The notes: generated from the letters alone by a model not told the origin. A stretch of 64,000 bases of DNA from Mollicutes bacterium (GCA_012799635.1 JAAZKW010000011.1:11738-75737), one strand, 5' to 3'. Counted from the stretch's first letter, positions 16,542 through 26,503 are shown. A program made the numbers and translations.

Positions 16542-17776
16542 GAAAAAGAGTAGTAATTACAGGAATGGGGACCATAAACCCTATAGGTATTGATGTACCT
16601 AAAACATGGGATTCTATTAAGAGGGGTAATTGTGGTATCGATAAAATATCATATTTTGATACAACAGAGTTTAGAACTAAATTAGCTGCTGAGATAAAGG
16701 ATTATGATCCACTAAAATATTTTGATTTAAAAGCGTCAAAGAGACTTGATAAAGCTTCACAACTTGCAATAATATCTGCAAGAGAAGCAATTAAAGATAG
16801 TGGTATTACTTTAGAAAATACTGATTTTAATAAAATAGGTACATTTATTAGTTCAGGAATTGGTGATTTTGAAACTATTCAAAAAAATTGTGAAACTAAT
16901 AAGGAAAAGGGTCCTCGCTTTGTTTCACCAACTTTAATTCCAAAGGCAATAGTTAATATGCCTTCGGGCAATGTTGCAATTGATCTAGGGTTAAAAGGTG
17001 AATCGCTATCAATTGTTACAGCATGTGCATCATCAACTCATGCAATTGGCGAGGCTTTAAAAAGTATTAGACATGATTATGAAGATGTTATTTTGGCGGG
17101 AGGAACAGAAAGCGCTATATGTGAAGTAGGAATTGCTGGATTTGAAAATATGAAAGCATTATCCTTTGAAGAAAATCTTAGAAAAGCTAGTACGCCGTTT
17201 GATAAAAATAGAAGTGGCTTTGTCATGGGAGAAGGTGCTGGAGTATTAGTGCTTGAAGAATTAAACCATGCCCTAAAAAGAGGTGCAAAAATATACGCTG
17301 AGATTATAGGTTTTGGTACAACAACCGATGCATATCATATTACATCTCCGGATCCTTCAGGAATTGGTGCATCTGAATGTATGAAAAAAGCAATTAAAGA
17401 TGCCAAAATAAGAAAAGAGGCAATAGATTATATAAATGCTCATGGCACATCAACTCCTCTTAATGATAAGACAGAAATTAAGGCGATAAAGTTAGCATTT
17501 AAAGAGCATGCTAATAATTTGTTTATAAGTTCAACTAAAGGAAATACAGGGCATCTATTAGGAGCTGCGGGGGCAGTAGAGGCAATTATATGTATTAAAG
17601 CAATGGAACAAAGTTTGGTACCACCAACAATTAATTATTCTAATAAGGATGAAGAATGTGACTTAAATATTGTTCCTAATAAAGCGGTAAAACAAAATAT
17701 CAATTATTCAATGTCTAATTCGCTAGGATTTGGTGGTCATAATGCCACAATTATATTAAAAAAATATGAAGAGTAG
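16538..17776 (+). CDS. fabF: 3-oxoacyl-ACP synthase II (Cys-His-His KAS)
   Basis: TACASS (Cys), NAHGTSTP and GNTGHLLGAAG. At 412 aa with a Cys-His-His triad it is KAS I/II, not a FabH-type enzyme. Confidence 0.9.
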   Translation: MRKRVVITGMGTINPIGIDVPKTWDSIKRGNCGIDKISYFDTTEFRTKLAAEIKDYDPLKYFDLKASKRLDKASQLAIISAREAIKDSGITLENTDFNKIGTFISSGIGDFETIQKNCETNKEKGPRFVSPTLIPKAIVNMPSGNVAIDLGLKGESLSIVTACASSTHAIGEALKSIRHDYEDVILAGGTESAICEVGIAGFENMKALSFEENLRKASTPFDKNRSGFVMGEGAGVLVLEELNHALKRGAKIYAEIIGFGTTTDAYHITSPDPSGIGASECMKKAIKDAKIRKEAIDYINAHGTSTPLNDKTEIKAIKLAFKEHANNLFISSTKGNTGHLLGAAGAVEAIICIKAMEQSLVPPTINYSNKDEECDLNIVPNKAVKQNINYSMSNSLGFGGHNATIILKKYEE

Positions 17777-17784
17777 GTGATAAA

Positions 17785-18189
17785 ATGGAATATGAAAAAA
17801 TAAAACAAATAATGGATGAAATGAGTAATTCAAAGCTAACTTCGATGGAAATAGAATTTAAAGATGGAATGAAAATTAGCATGAAAAAAGATAATACTAA
17901 CAATCAGATATGCACCCCCATAAACAGTATAGAAACAGAAGGAGTTGAAGATAGTTCAAAAATAATAACATCTCCAATGGTGGGGACTTTTTATTCAAAG
18001 CCATCCCCCGAAGAAGATGATTATGTAACAATTAATAAAAACATTAATAAGGGAGATACCGTTTGTATTATTGAAGCAATGAAACTAATGAATGAGATTG
18101 AAAGTGAATATTCAGGAAAAATAGTTGAAATATATGTAAAAAATGGTCAAACAGTAGAATATGGAAGTAAACTATTTAGAATAGAGTAA
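17785..18189 (+). CDS. accB: biotin carboxyl carrier protein
   Basis: Biotinylation motif IEAMKLMNEI in the C-terminal lipoyl-like domain. Confidence 0.9.
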   Translation: MEYEKIKQIMDEMSNSKLTSMEIEFKDGMKISMKKDNTNNQICTPINSIETEGVEDSSKIITSPMVGTFYSKPSPEEDDYVTINKNINKGDTVCIIEAMKLMNEIESEYSGKIVEIYVKNGQTVEYGSKLFRIE

Positions 18190-18199
18190 GGAGTTAAAG

Positions 18200-18628
18200 A
18201 TGTTAAATAAAGATGAAATAAAAAAAATAATTCCTCAAAGAGAACCATTTTTAATGATTGATGAAGTTGAATCATATATACCAGGTGATTGTGCTGTTGC
18301 ATATAAATATGTGGATGAAAATGAATGGTATTTTAAAGGTCATTTTCCAAAAGATCCTATTATGCCTGGAGTTTTAATAACTGAATCACTTGCACAAACA
18401 GGTGCTATAGCTATTCTTTCTTTAGAAGAAAACCAAGGGAAAAACGCTTTATTCGGAGGAATTAATAAATTAAAATTCAAAAAAATTGTTAGACCTGGTG
18501 ATAAACTAAAATTAGAAGTAAAAATTATTAATAAAAAAGGGCCAATTGGTATTGGTGAAGTAATTGCAACTGTAGATGGAGTATTAGCTGCAAAAGGCGA
18601 GCTTACTTTTGCAGTAGTAGATAAATAA
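18200..18628 (+). CDS. fabZ: 3-hydroxyacyl-ACP dehydratase
   Basis: GHFPKDPIMPGVLITESLAQ. Confidence 0.9.
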   Translation: MLNKDEIKKIIPQREPFLMIDEVESYIPGDCAVAYKYVDENEWYFKGHFPKDPIMPGVLITESLAQTGAIAILSLEENQGKNALFGGINKLKFKKIVRPGDKLKLEVKIINKKGPIGIGEVIATVDGVLAAKGELTFAVVDK

Positions 18629-18629
18629 A

Positions 18630-19970
18630 ATGTATAAAATATTAATTGCCAATCGGGGTGAAATTGCTGTAAGAATAATTAGAGCTTGTAAAGAAATGAA
18701 TATTAGAACAGTTGCTATATATTCTGAGGTAGATAAAAAGGCTCTTCATGTTAAACTTGCGGATGAAGCAGTTTGTATAGGACCAGCGGAATCTTCCAAA
18801 AGTTATTTAAATATTAAAAGTATTATTGAAGCGGCAAATATTGTCAAAGCAGATGCCATACACCCAGGTTTTGGATTTTTATCAGAAAGTAGTTTGTTTG
18901 CTAAAATTTGTGAAGAGTCAAATATAAAGTTTATTGGACCAACTTCAAAAGTAATAGATTTACTTGGAAATAAAGCTAATGCTAAAATAACAGTAAAAAA
19001 TGCTGGATTGCCAGTAATACCAGGATCAGAAGGAAGTATATCATCAATAAAAGAAGCAACAAATATTGCAGAAAAAATAGGATATCCAGTAATACTAAAA
19101 GCATCATCTGGTGGAGGTGGAAAAGGAATAAGAATTGTTTATAGTAAAAAAGAACTTCCACAAGCATTTAATATTGTAAAACAAGAGTCAAAAATATCAT
19201 TTAATGATGATGAAATATATATTGAAAAATATATTGAAAATCCAAGGCATATTGAAATACAAATAATAGCAGATGAATATGGGAATATTATTCATTTAGG
19301 AGAAAGAGATTGTAGTATTCAAAGGAAAAATCAAAAGATAATCGAAGAAACCCCGTCTACTATTGTTGATGATAAGTTAAGAGAAAAAATGGGTAAATGT
19401 GCTGTTAAAATAGCAGGATTAGTTGGATATACAAGTTTGGGAACTGTAGAGTTCCTGGTAGATAAAGATAAAAACTTTTATTTTATGGAAATGAATACAC
19501 GAATTCAAGTGGAACATCCAATTACTGAGGAAAGAACAGGAATAGATTTAGTTAAAGAACAAATAAGAATAAGTGCTCATGAAAAGATAAATTTAAAACA
19601 AAAAGATGTGTTATTTAATAATCATGTTATCGAATGCCGAATAAATGCAGAAAACCCATTAAAAGATTTTAAACCATCTCCAGGAATTATTAAGGGCTTA
19701 TATATGCCTGGAGGTAATGGGATAAGAATAGATACTGCTATATATGAAGGATATACTATTCCTCATAATTATGATTCAATGTTAATTAAAATTATTGCAA
19801 AAGGTAGTACAAGAAATGAAGCAATAGCAAAAATGAAAAGAGCTTTGGAAGAGTTAGTTGTTGATGGGGTAGAAACAAATAAAGAGTTTTTGTACGAAAT
19901 AATTAAAAATCCCAGCTTTATAAGAGGCGAGTTTGATACTTCTTTTATAAATAAAAACTTTGATTTATAG
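18630..19970 (+). CDS. accC: biotin carboxylase
   Basis: ILIANRGEIAVRIIRA, KASSGGGGKGIRIV and EMNTRIQVEHP. Confidence 0.92.
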   Translation: MYKILIANRGEIAVRIIRACKEMNIRTVAIYSEVDKKALHVKLADEAVCIGPAESSKSYLNIKSIIEAANIVKADAIHPGFGFLSESSLFAKICEESNIKFIGPTSKVIDLLGNKANAKITVKNAGLPVIPGSEGSISSIKEATNIAEKIGYPVILKASSGGGGKGIRIVYSKKELPQAFNIVKQESKISFNDDEIYIEKYIENPRHIEIQIIADEYGNIIHLGERDCSIQRKNQKIIEETPSTIVDDKLREKMGKCAVKIAGLVGYTSLGTVEFLVDKDKNFYFMEMNTRIQVEHPITEERTGIDLVKEQIRISAHEKINLKQKDVLFNNHVIECRINAENPLKDFKPSPGIIKGLYMPGGNGIRIDTAIYEGYTIPHNYDSMLIKIIAKGSTRNEAIAKMKRALEELVVDGVETNKEFLYEIIKNPSFIRGEFDTSFINKNFDL

Positions 19971-19981
19971 GAGCTTTAAAT

Positions 19982-20845
19982 ATGACAATAGAAAGTATAA
20001 AGAAAAGAGAATATCCAAGTAGCAATAAAAAAAGTAATATTGATATCCCAAAAGGGAAATGGCTTAAATGTCCAAAATGTAAAGAAATTATTTATAGGCC
20101 CACTTTTGTTAAAAGTTTAAATATTTGTCCTTATTGTAATTATTATTTTAGAATAACATGTAAAGATAGGCTGAAATTAATTATAGATGATGGAACATTT
20201 AAAGAGTTTAAACTAAATATAGAAACAACAAATCCATTAGAACTTTCTGAATATGAAGCAAAATTGAAAAAGGAAAAAGAAAAAACCGGGCTGGATGAAG
20301 CAACACTCTCAGGTATTGGTAAAATAAATGATAATAAAGTAGTAATAGCAATAATAGATAGTAATTTTTTCATGGGAAGCATGGGAAGTGTTCTTGGAGA
20401 GTATGTTACTTTTAGTATCGAAGAGTCTATAAAAAGAAAGCTCCCACTTATTATAATTAGTGCCAGTGGAGGAGCAAGAATGCAAGAGGGAATCATTTCT
20501 CTTATGCAAATGGCTAAAACCACTTGTGCTATAGCTAAACACAATGAAGAAGGTTTATTATATATATCAGTTTTAACAGATCCTACTTATGGAGGCGTTA
20601 CAGCATCTTTTGCTTCTTTAGGAGATATTATTATTGCAGAACCTGGGGCTATGATAGGATTTGCTGGACCAAATGTAATAAAACAAACAATAGGAGAGGA
20701 ATTACCACCTGGATTTCAAACATCAGAATTTCAATTAAAACATGGATTTATTGATTTAATAGTAAAGAGAAAAGAAATGAAAGAAACAATTACAAAGTTA
20801 ATCGAATTACATAAAGGAAGTGGTATTATTGACAAAAAAAATTAG
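19982..20845 (+). CDS. accD: acetyl-CoA carboxylase carboxyltransferase beta subunit
   Basis: N-terminal zinc ribbon CPKC..CPYC and a carboxyltransferase core (SGGARMQEG). Confidence 0.9.
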   Translation: MTIESIKKREYPSSNKKSNIDIPKGKWLKCPKCKEIIYRPTFVKSLNICPYCNYYFRITCKDRLKLIIDDGTFKEFKLNIETTNPLELSEYEAKLKKEKEKTGLDEATLSGIGKINDNKVVIAIIDSNFFMGSMGSVLGEYVTFSIEESIKRKLPLIIISASGGARMQEGIISLMQMAKTTCAIAKHNEEGLLYISVLTDPTYGGVTASFASLGDIIIAEPGAMIGFAGPNVIKQTIGEELPPGFQTSEFQLKHGFIDLIVKRKEMKETITKLIELHKGSGIIDKKN

Positions 20846-21647
20846 TAGTTGGGATATAGTAAATATTGCTAGAGGACCATATCGAAAAACTTCACTTGAC
20901 TATATAGATAATTTATTTGAGGATTTTATTGAGTTACATGGAGATAGGTTAGGATATGATGATAAAGCTATAGTATGTGGTATTGGAAAATATAATGGGA
21001 TTCCTGTAACTATAATTGCAGAGCAAAAAGGAAGAACTACCCAAGAAAATATTGAAAGGAATTTTGGAATGCCAAATCCGGAAAGCTATCGAAAAGCAAT
21101 AAGGCTTATGAGACAAGCAGAGAAATTTAATCGGCCTATAATAACTTTTATAGATACTAAAGGAGCTTATCCCGGCTTACATGCTGAAGAGCATGGTCAA
21201 GGAGAAGCAATTGCTAAAAGTATGTTAACTTTAGCAAATATAAAAGTTCCGGTAATAAATATTGTGATTGGTGAAGGGTCAAGCGGAGGAGCACTTGCTA
21301 TTGGTGTAGCTAATAAAATACTGATGCTTGAATATGCTATTTATTCAATAATAAGTCCTGAAGGTTTTGCAAGTATTATTTGGAAAGATTCAAGTAAAAA
21401 AGAAAAAGCTGCTAATAAAATGAAATTAACTTCAAAAGACTTGTTAAATCTTAATGTTATAGATACAATTATTAAAGAAGAAAAAGAAGACAGTGATGAT
21501 AATTTTATGAAAGTAATAGCAAGAATAAAAAAGGAACTAGATTTATCATTAGAGGAACTTATGAAACTTTCACCTAAGGAATTGTGTTATCATAGATATG
21601 AGAAATTTAGAAAAATAGGAACTTATAAGAAAGAAAAGGTGAATTAA
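20820..21647 (+). CDS. accA: acetyl-CoA carboxylase carboxyltransferase alpha subunit (short N-terminus)
   Basis: ELHGDRLGYDD, FIDTKGAYPG and GEGSSGGALA. The start may be GTG at 20820 or TTG at 20829. Confidence 0.88.
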   Translation: MVLLTKKISSWDIVNIARGPYRKTSLDYIDNLFEDFIELHGDRLGYDDKAIVCGIGKYNGIPVTIIAEQKGRTTQENIERNFGMPNPESYRKAIRLMRQAEKFNRPIITFIDTKGAYPGLHAEEHGQGEAIAKSMLTLANIKVPVINIVIGEGSSGGALAIGVANKILMLEYAIYSIISPEGFASIIWKDSSKKEKAANKMKLTSKDLLNLNVIDTIIKEEKEDSDDNFMKVIARIKKELDLSLEELMKLSPKELCYHRYEKFRKIGTYKKEKVN

Positions 21648-22414
21648 TGTTAAAAGGAAAAACCATATTGATAATTGGTATTAGAAATAAATGGAGTATC
21701 GCTTATGGGATTGCTGAAGCTGTAAAAAGGCAGAATGGAAACATTATTTTTATATATAGGGATGGTAATTCAAATGAAAAAATAGAAAAAGTAATCCAAG
21801 GATTTAATGCAAAAATTTATAAAGTTAAAAATATTGTTGATGATAAAGAAGTAAAAGAGTTATTTAAAAAAATAAAAAAAGATTGTGGAAAAGTAGATGG
21901 AGTTGTTCATGCAGTAGCTCATGCAAATACTGAAGATTTACATAATGATTTTATTTATACTAGTAAAGAAGGTTTCTTGCATGCTTTAGAAGTAAGCACA
22001 TATTCATTTGTTTCTACATCAAGAATAGCAAAAGAGGTGAGTTTATTAAACAAAAAATCTAGTTTGGTAACATTAACTTATTTAGGTTCCGAAAGGGTAT
22101 TAAGAGGATATAATGTTATGGGTGTAGCTAAGGCAGCATTAGAGTCAGCGACACGATACTTAAGTGAAAATTTAGGAAAAGAAGAAATAAGAGTAAATGC
22201 ATTATCAGCAGGTCCAATTAATACACTTTCTGCAAGAGGAATAAAAAATTTCAATACAATTTTAGATATAGTTGAAAAAAAGTCCCCATTACATAAAAAT
22301 GTAACCATAAAGCAGGTCGGAAATGTGGCAGCATTTTTATTAAGTGATTTATCTGATTCAATTACGGGGCAAGTAATATATGCTGATAATGGATATAATA
22401 TAATAGGAGAGTAA
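21647..22414 (+). CDS. fabI: NADH-dependent enoyl-ACP reductase (FabI-type SDR)
   Basis: GIRNKWSIAYGIA and the Y-x6-K motif YNVMGVAKAALE, then LSAGPINTL. Confidence 0.8.
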   Translation: MLKGKTILIIGIRNKWSIAYGIAEAVKRQNGNIIFIYRDGNSNEKIEKVIQGFNAKIYKVKNIVDDKEVKELFKKIKKDCGKVDGVVHAVAHANTEDLHNDFIYTSKEGFLHALEVSTYSFVSTSRIAKEVSLLNKKSSLVTLTYLGSERVLRGYNVMGVAKAALESATRYLSENLGKEEIRVNALSAGPINTLSARGIKNFNTILDIVEKKSPLHKNVTIKQVGNVAAFLLSDLSDSITGQVIYADNGYNIIGE

Positions 22415-22416
22415 AA

Positions 22417-23193
22417 ATGAAAGAATATTTTGATTTAAAAAATAATGTTGCTGTAATAACAGGAGCATCAACAGGTCTAGGTCTACAAATGGCACATGCT
22501 TTAGCAAAGTGTGGATCAAATGTAGTTCTATTAGCAAGAAGAGAAGAACTTATAAAAGAAAATGCTAATAAAATAAGTGAGTTATATAATGTAAAAACAT
22601 TAGCAATAAGGTGTGACATCACATCAACAACTGATGTGCAAAATGCTGTTAAAAAAACAATTGATACATTTGGAAAAGTAGATATTTTAGTAAATAATGC
22701 AGGCACAGGACATGTAGGTAAAGCAGAGGATATTACTGATGAACAATTTGAAAATGAAGTAAGAATTGATTTAACAGGTACATTTAAGTGTGCTAGGGAA
22801 TTTGGTAAGGAAATGATTAAAGCCAACTATGGAAGAATCATCAATATAGCTTCAATGTATGGTTTAGTTGGTAATATGGTTTCAGGAGCAGAAGCAACAC
22901 CCTATCATGCCGCTAAAGGAGGCGTTGTTAATTTAACCAGAGCTCTTGCAGCAGAATGGGGTAAACATGGAATAACTGTAAATGCTATTTGTCCCGGTTA
23001 TTTTGAAACTCCACTTACCAAAGAAACTCTTGAAACAGAGTGGTTTAAAGAGTATGCTAAAAGCACAATTCCAGTAGGAAGATATGGACATACTAGAGAA
23101 CTTGATACAACGGTAATATTTCTATCAAGTAAAATGAGTACATATGTAAATGGTGTAAATCTACCTGTTGATGGTGGATATACTTGTATTTAA
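22417..23193 (+). CDS. short-chain dehydrogenase/reductase (FabG-like / gluconate-5-dehydrogenase-like)
   Basis: TGASTGLGLQ, NNAG and YHAAKGG. Confidence 0.75.
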   Translation: MKEYFDLKNNVAVITGASTGLGLQMAHALAKCGSNVVLLARREELIKENANKISELYNVKTLAIRCDITSTTDVQNAVKKTIDTFGKVDILVNNAGTGHVGKAEDITDEQFENEVRIDLTGTFKCAREFGKEMIKANYGRIINIASMYGLVGNMVSGAEATPYHAAKGGVVNLTRALAAEWGKHGITVNAICPGYFETPLTKETLETEWFKEYAKSTIPVGRYGHTRELDTTVIFLSSKMSTYVNGVNLPVDGGYTCI

Positions 23194-23207
23194 GGGAGGT
23201 GATATAA

Positions 23208-23465
23208 ATGAAAGAGATATTTGAACAAGTAAAAACAACAGTAGCAGAACAATTAAGTATTGATGAAAATATTATAGCTAATGAATCGTCTTTTATTGAT
23301 GACCTAGGAGCTGATTCTTTAGATATAGCAGAATTAATTATTGCCTTAGAAGAAGCTTTTGATATTAAAATATCTGATGAAGAAGCTTTAAAAATAGTTA
23401 ATGTAAAAAATGCTGTAGATTATATTATGAAAGCTAAGAATATATCTGATGAAGAAAAAAAATAA
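23208..23465 (+). CDS. acpP: acyl carrier protein
   Basis: 85 aa with the phosphopantetheine site [12 protein letters not shown]. Confidence 0.9.
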   Translation: MKEIFEQVKTTVAEQLSIDENIIANESSFIDDLGADSLDIAELIIALEEAFDIKISDEEALKIVNVKNAVDYIMKAKNISDEEKK

Positions 23466-24054
23466 TATAAAAAAAGATAGAAATTTATTTTATTCTTTAT
23501 CTAAATTTATATTAAAAATACCCTTTATTCTTTATTATAGACCTACTATTATTGGTAAAGAAAAGATTCCTAAGGAAGGTCCCATAATTTTTGTAGGAAA
23601 TCATATCCATTTATTTGATCAGTGTTTACCTATACTGGCTACAAATAGAATAATTCATTATATGGCTAAAAAAGAATACTTTACTAACTGGAAAGTTTCG
23701 TGGTTTTTTAAATTAGCAGGATGTATATCTGTAGATAGAAAAACAAATGATCAAAAAGCAGCTCACAGTGCCCTAAATGTATTAAAAAAAGGATATGCAT
23801 TAGGAATATTCCCTGAAGGAACTAGAAATAGAACGAATGAAATACTATTGCCTTTTAAAAAAGGAGCAGTTTCTATGGCCCAAAAAACAGGTGCTACAAT
23901 CGTTCCTTTTATAGTAACTGGTAAATATGAAAGAAAAGGAAATTTAACATGCACTTTTTTAAATCCTATAACAGTAAAGAAAGATGAAGATATTACAAAA
24001 GCTAATAATAACCTTAGACAGCTTATGATAGATAATTTAAAGAAACATGCTTAA
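23449..24054 (+). CDS. plsC: 1-acyl-sn-glycerol-3-phosphate acyltransferase
   Basis: HX4D motif GNHIHLFD, plus FPEGTRN. Confidence 0.85.
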   Translation: MKKKNNIKKDRNLFYSLSKFILKIPFILYYRPTIIGKEKIPKEGPIIFVGNHIHLFDQCLPILATNRIIHYMAKKEYFTNWKVSWFFKLAGCISVDRKTNDQKAAHSALNVLKKGYALGIFPEGTRNRTNEILLPFKKGAVSMAQKTGATIVPFIVTGKYERKGNLTCTFLNPITVKKDEDITKANNNLRQLMIDNLKKHA

Positions 24055-24499
24055 GATTTTAATCGAAGAAAACACTTCATCACAGTCTTTATTAAAAAAG
24101 GGATTAAGACAGTTAAATATAAAAGATTATATAATAAAGAAAAATAAATTTGGATATCCATATATATCAAACATAAAGGATCTTTATTTTAATATTTCTA
24201 ATAAAGATAACGTTACAATATGTGTTTTTTCTAATAAGCCAATTGGCGTTGATATTGAAAAACCTATATACAGAGAAAAGATGTTAACAAGATATTTTTC
24301 ATCGGGAGAAATAAAGCATTTAAAAAAAAGTAAAAATAAAGAGATAGATTTTATAAAAATGTGGATTACAAAAGAAAGCTTTGTAAAAAGCTTAGGAATA
24401 GGGATTAATTATGGCTTAAACAAAGTTGATTATCTTAAATTAAAAGATAAAGTTTTTATAAAAAAATATAAAGAATATTATTATGCTATATATCAATAA
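24047..24499 (+). CDS. 4'-phosphopantetheinyl transferase superfamily protein
   Basis: GVDIEK and WITKESFVKSLG. It is 150 aa and overlaps the plsC stop. Confidence 0.65.
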   Translation: MLKILIEENTSSQSLLKKGLRQLNIKDYIIKKNKFGYPYISNIKDLYFNISNKDNVTICVFSNKPIGVDIEKPIYREKMLTRYFSSGEIKHLKKSKNKEIDFIKMWITKESFVKSLGIGINYGLNKVDYLKLKDKVFIKKYKEYYYAIYQ

Positions 24500-24501
24500 A
24501 T

Positions 24502-24529
24502 TATGCTTCGGCATAGTTTATTTTTTTTC
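24502..24529. terminator. short hairpin + T-run between convergent PPTase and TetR genes
   Basis: TATGC-ttcg-GCATA followed by gtttaTTTTTTTT. The T-run overlaps the TetR 3' end on the other strand. Confidence 0.4.
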
Positions 24530-25072
24530 AATAAAGGGTTTAATTCCGTAGTAACTAAGACTTTCTATTATTTGAGCAATTTCATGATAATCTCTATCAA
24601 AATCATTTCTAACCCAAGCATTAATAATACCTAATGCCCCATTAAATATGAATACTGAGGCATCTTCAATATCTTGCTCGTTTAAAGAACTGTTTTGTAA
24701 AGTCCAAACCTCTTTACATTTATTATAAGCAACATCTAAAACGCCCTCTAAAAAAAAGATGTTATTATTTGTTTCAAATAATATTTTTACAAGTTTTTGG
24801 TTTTTTATAAAAACCTCAAGCAATTCATCAGCAAACGAAGATACAGTATATTTTTCCTTTTTTGGTGTACCTTTAAGTTCATTAATAAAATCTAATTGCA
24901 CTTTTTCTAATAAATCATAAATATCAATAAAATATTTATAAAAAGTTGTTCTATTAACATCAGCCTTTTCACAAATTTTTGTAATTGTAATAGAATTAAA
25001 ATCATTATCAACTAATAGATCTAAAAAAGATTCTTTGATAACATTAATACTATATTTAGAACGTCTATCCAT
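24518..25072 (-). CDS. TetR/AcrR-family transcriptional regulator
   Basis: ORF 24518..25132. The ATG at 25072 (MDRRSKY) follows GAGAAGGAGAAAGAG. HTH segment ITITKICEKADVNRTTFYKYF. Confidence 0.8.
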   Translation of the reverse strand: MDRRSKYSINVIKESFLDLLVDNDFNSITITKICEKADVNRTTFYKYFIDIYDLLEKVQLDFINELKGTPKKEKYTVSSFADELLEVFIKNQKLVKILFETNNNIFFLEGVLDVAYNKCKEVWTLQNSSLNEQDIEDASVFIFNGALGIINAWVRNDFDRDYHEIAQIIESLSYYGIKPFIEKK

Positions 25073-25110
25073 CTCTTTCTCCTTCTCATAATAATATCTA
25101 TTGTAATACA

Positions 25111-25136
25111 ACAAATGTATTATTGTCAACATTTGT
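25111..25136. promoter_or_regulatory. perfect 8-bp inverted repeat ACAAATGT-N10-ACATTTGT, candidate TetR operator
   Basis: Read directly. It lies 39-64 nt upstream of the TetR start in the TetR/hydrolase divergent region. Confidence 0.4.
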
Positions 25137-25208
25137 AAAAACCCAAAAGCTTTTTATTGCTAAAAAACTATAAAAGTGTATAATATAAGTGATTAAGGAA
25201 GGTATTGG

Positions 25209-25844
25209 ATGAGATATTTTTATTTAAAAGGTATGTCTGCCACAAAAGACGAAATAAATTTTATAAAAGATAAGTTTGAAAGTGAAGGAATACAATTAGA
25301 AAATTTAGTAGATGATTACGCAACTTTTTTGAAAAAAAGTGATAATGAGATTTGTGAAGTTTTATCCCAAAAAATCAATTCATTTGATGATGAAGTGTGT
25401 TTGATTTGTCATTCAATGGGATGTAATTTTGCTTTTTTAACATATCCTCAAATTAATAATTTAAGAAGAGTGGTATTAGTTTCTCCCGAGTTTAAAACAG
25501 TTTCAAAAGAAGAAAAAGAAAGAATTGAAGAGTCAATCAAACCAGATAAATTTCCAACAGAAATAAAGCGAATGTCAATTAATAAAATTAAAAACATTGC
25601 AATGTTTTTAAGGTCAAAAAAATGGATTAAAAAATTCATGCAATGTAATTTAAGTTATATTTGTCCTGTTGATATATTTTATTCTAAAGGTGATAAATTT
25701 GTTTCTCAGGATGCAATTAGAAATTTTTCAAGATTTAAGGGTGTAGAAGTTTTTGAGATTGATTCAAATAATCATAACCCGATTTTAGAAAGTGATGATA
25801 TAATATTAGAAATTAAACGAAAGACTTTACAAAGTAGAAAATAA
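25209..25844 (+). CDS. alpha/beta-fold hydrolase
   Basis: Nucleophile elbow CHSMGCN, then KGDKFV and NNHNP as candidate Asp and His. Confidence 0.6.
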   Translation: MRYFYLKGMSATKDEINFIKDKFESEGIQLENLVDDYATFLKKSDNEICEVLSQKINSFDDEVCLICHSMGCNFAFLTYPQINNLRRVVLVSPEFKTVSKEEKERIEESIKPDKFPTEIKRMSINKIKNIAMFLRSKKWIKKFMQCNLSYICPVDIFYSKGDKFVSQDAIRNFSRFKGVEVFEIDSNNHNPILESDDIILEIKRKTLQSRK

Positions 25845-25864
25845 TAAAGCAGGAGATAAATATT

Positions 25865-26503
25865 ATGGAAATACCGGATTTAAATATATTTATGATGTGC
25901 GAAAAGTTAAATAGTAGTGCTTTATCAAAATTACCCGAAGGTTTTTACATAAGAAATTGTACTCTAGGCGAATTAAAACTATGGAAAGAATTTCCGTTTG
26001 ATACTACAGAGGATAAAAATAAATATTATGACTATATGACTAATTATTTTAATGAAGTTTATGGTAGTAATATAGCTGAATTTTATAATAGATGCTTGTT
26101 TGTTTGTGAAAGTAAAACTAATAAACCTGTTGCTACTTGCTTTATTTGGAAAGCTTATAATAAAATTAATACAATTCATTGGCTTAAGGTACTAAAAGAA
26201 TATGAAGGTAAGGGTCTAGGAAGAGCATTATTATCACATATTATGACTTCTCTAAATGATGATGATTATCCTATTTTTTTGCATACACAACCAAGTAGTT
26301 TTAGAGCAATAGGACTATATTCAGCTTTTGGGTTTAAAATAATAACAAATAAAATTATTGGGTATAGGAAAAATGAGTATGAGGAAAGTTTACCGATTTT
26401 AAAACAACATATGACAAAAGAAGCTTTTGAAAAATTAAAATTTGCAGAAGCACCCACAATATTTGATGAAAGTGCTAAAACTACAAAAACAAGTCATTTT
26501 TAA
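25865..26503 (+). CDS. GNAT-family N-acetyltransferase
   Basis: EGKGLGRALLSHIM acetyl-CoA loop. Confidence 0.7.
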   Translation: MEIPDLNIFMMCEKLNSSALSKLPEGFYIRNCTLGELKLWKEFPFDTTEDKNKYYDYMTNYFNEVYGSNIAEFYNRCLFVCESKTNKPVATCFIWKAYNKINTIHWLKVLKEYEGKGLGRALLSHIMTSLNDDDYPIFLHTQPSSFRAIGLYSAFGFKIITNKIIGYRKNEYEESLPILKQHMTKEAFEKLKFAEAPTIFDESAKTTKTSHF

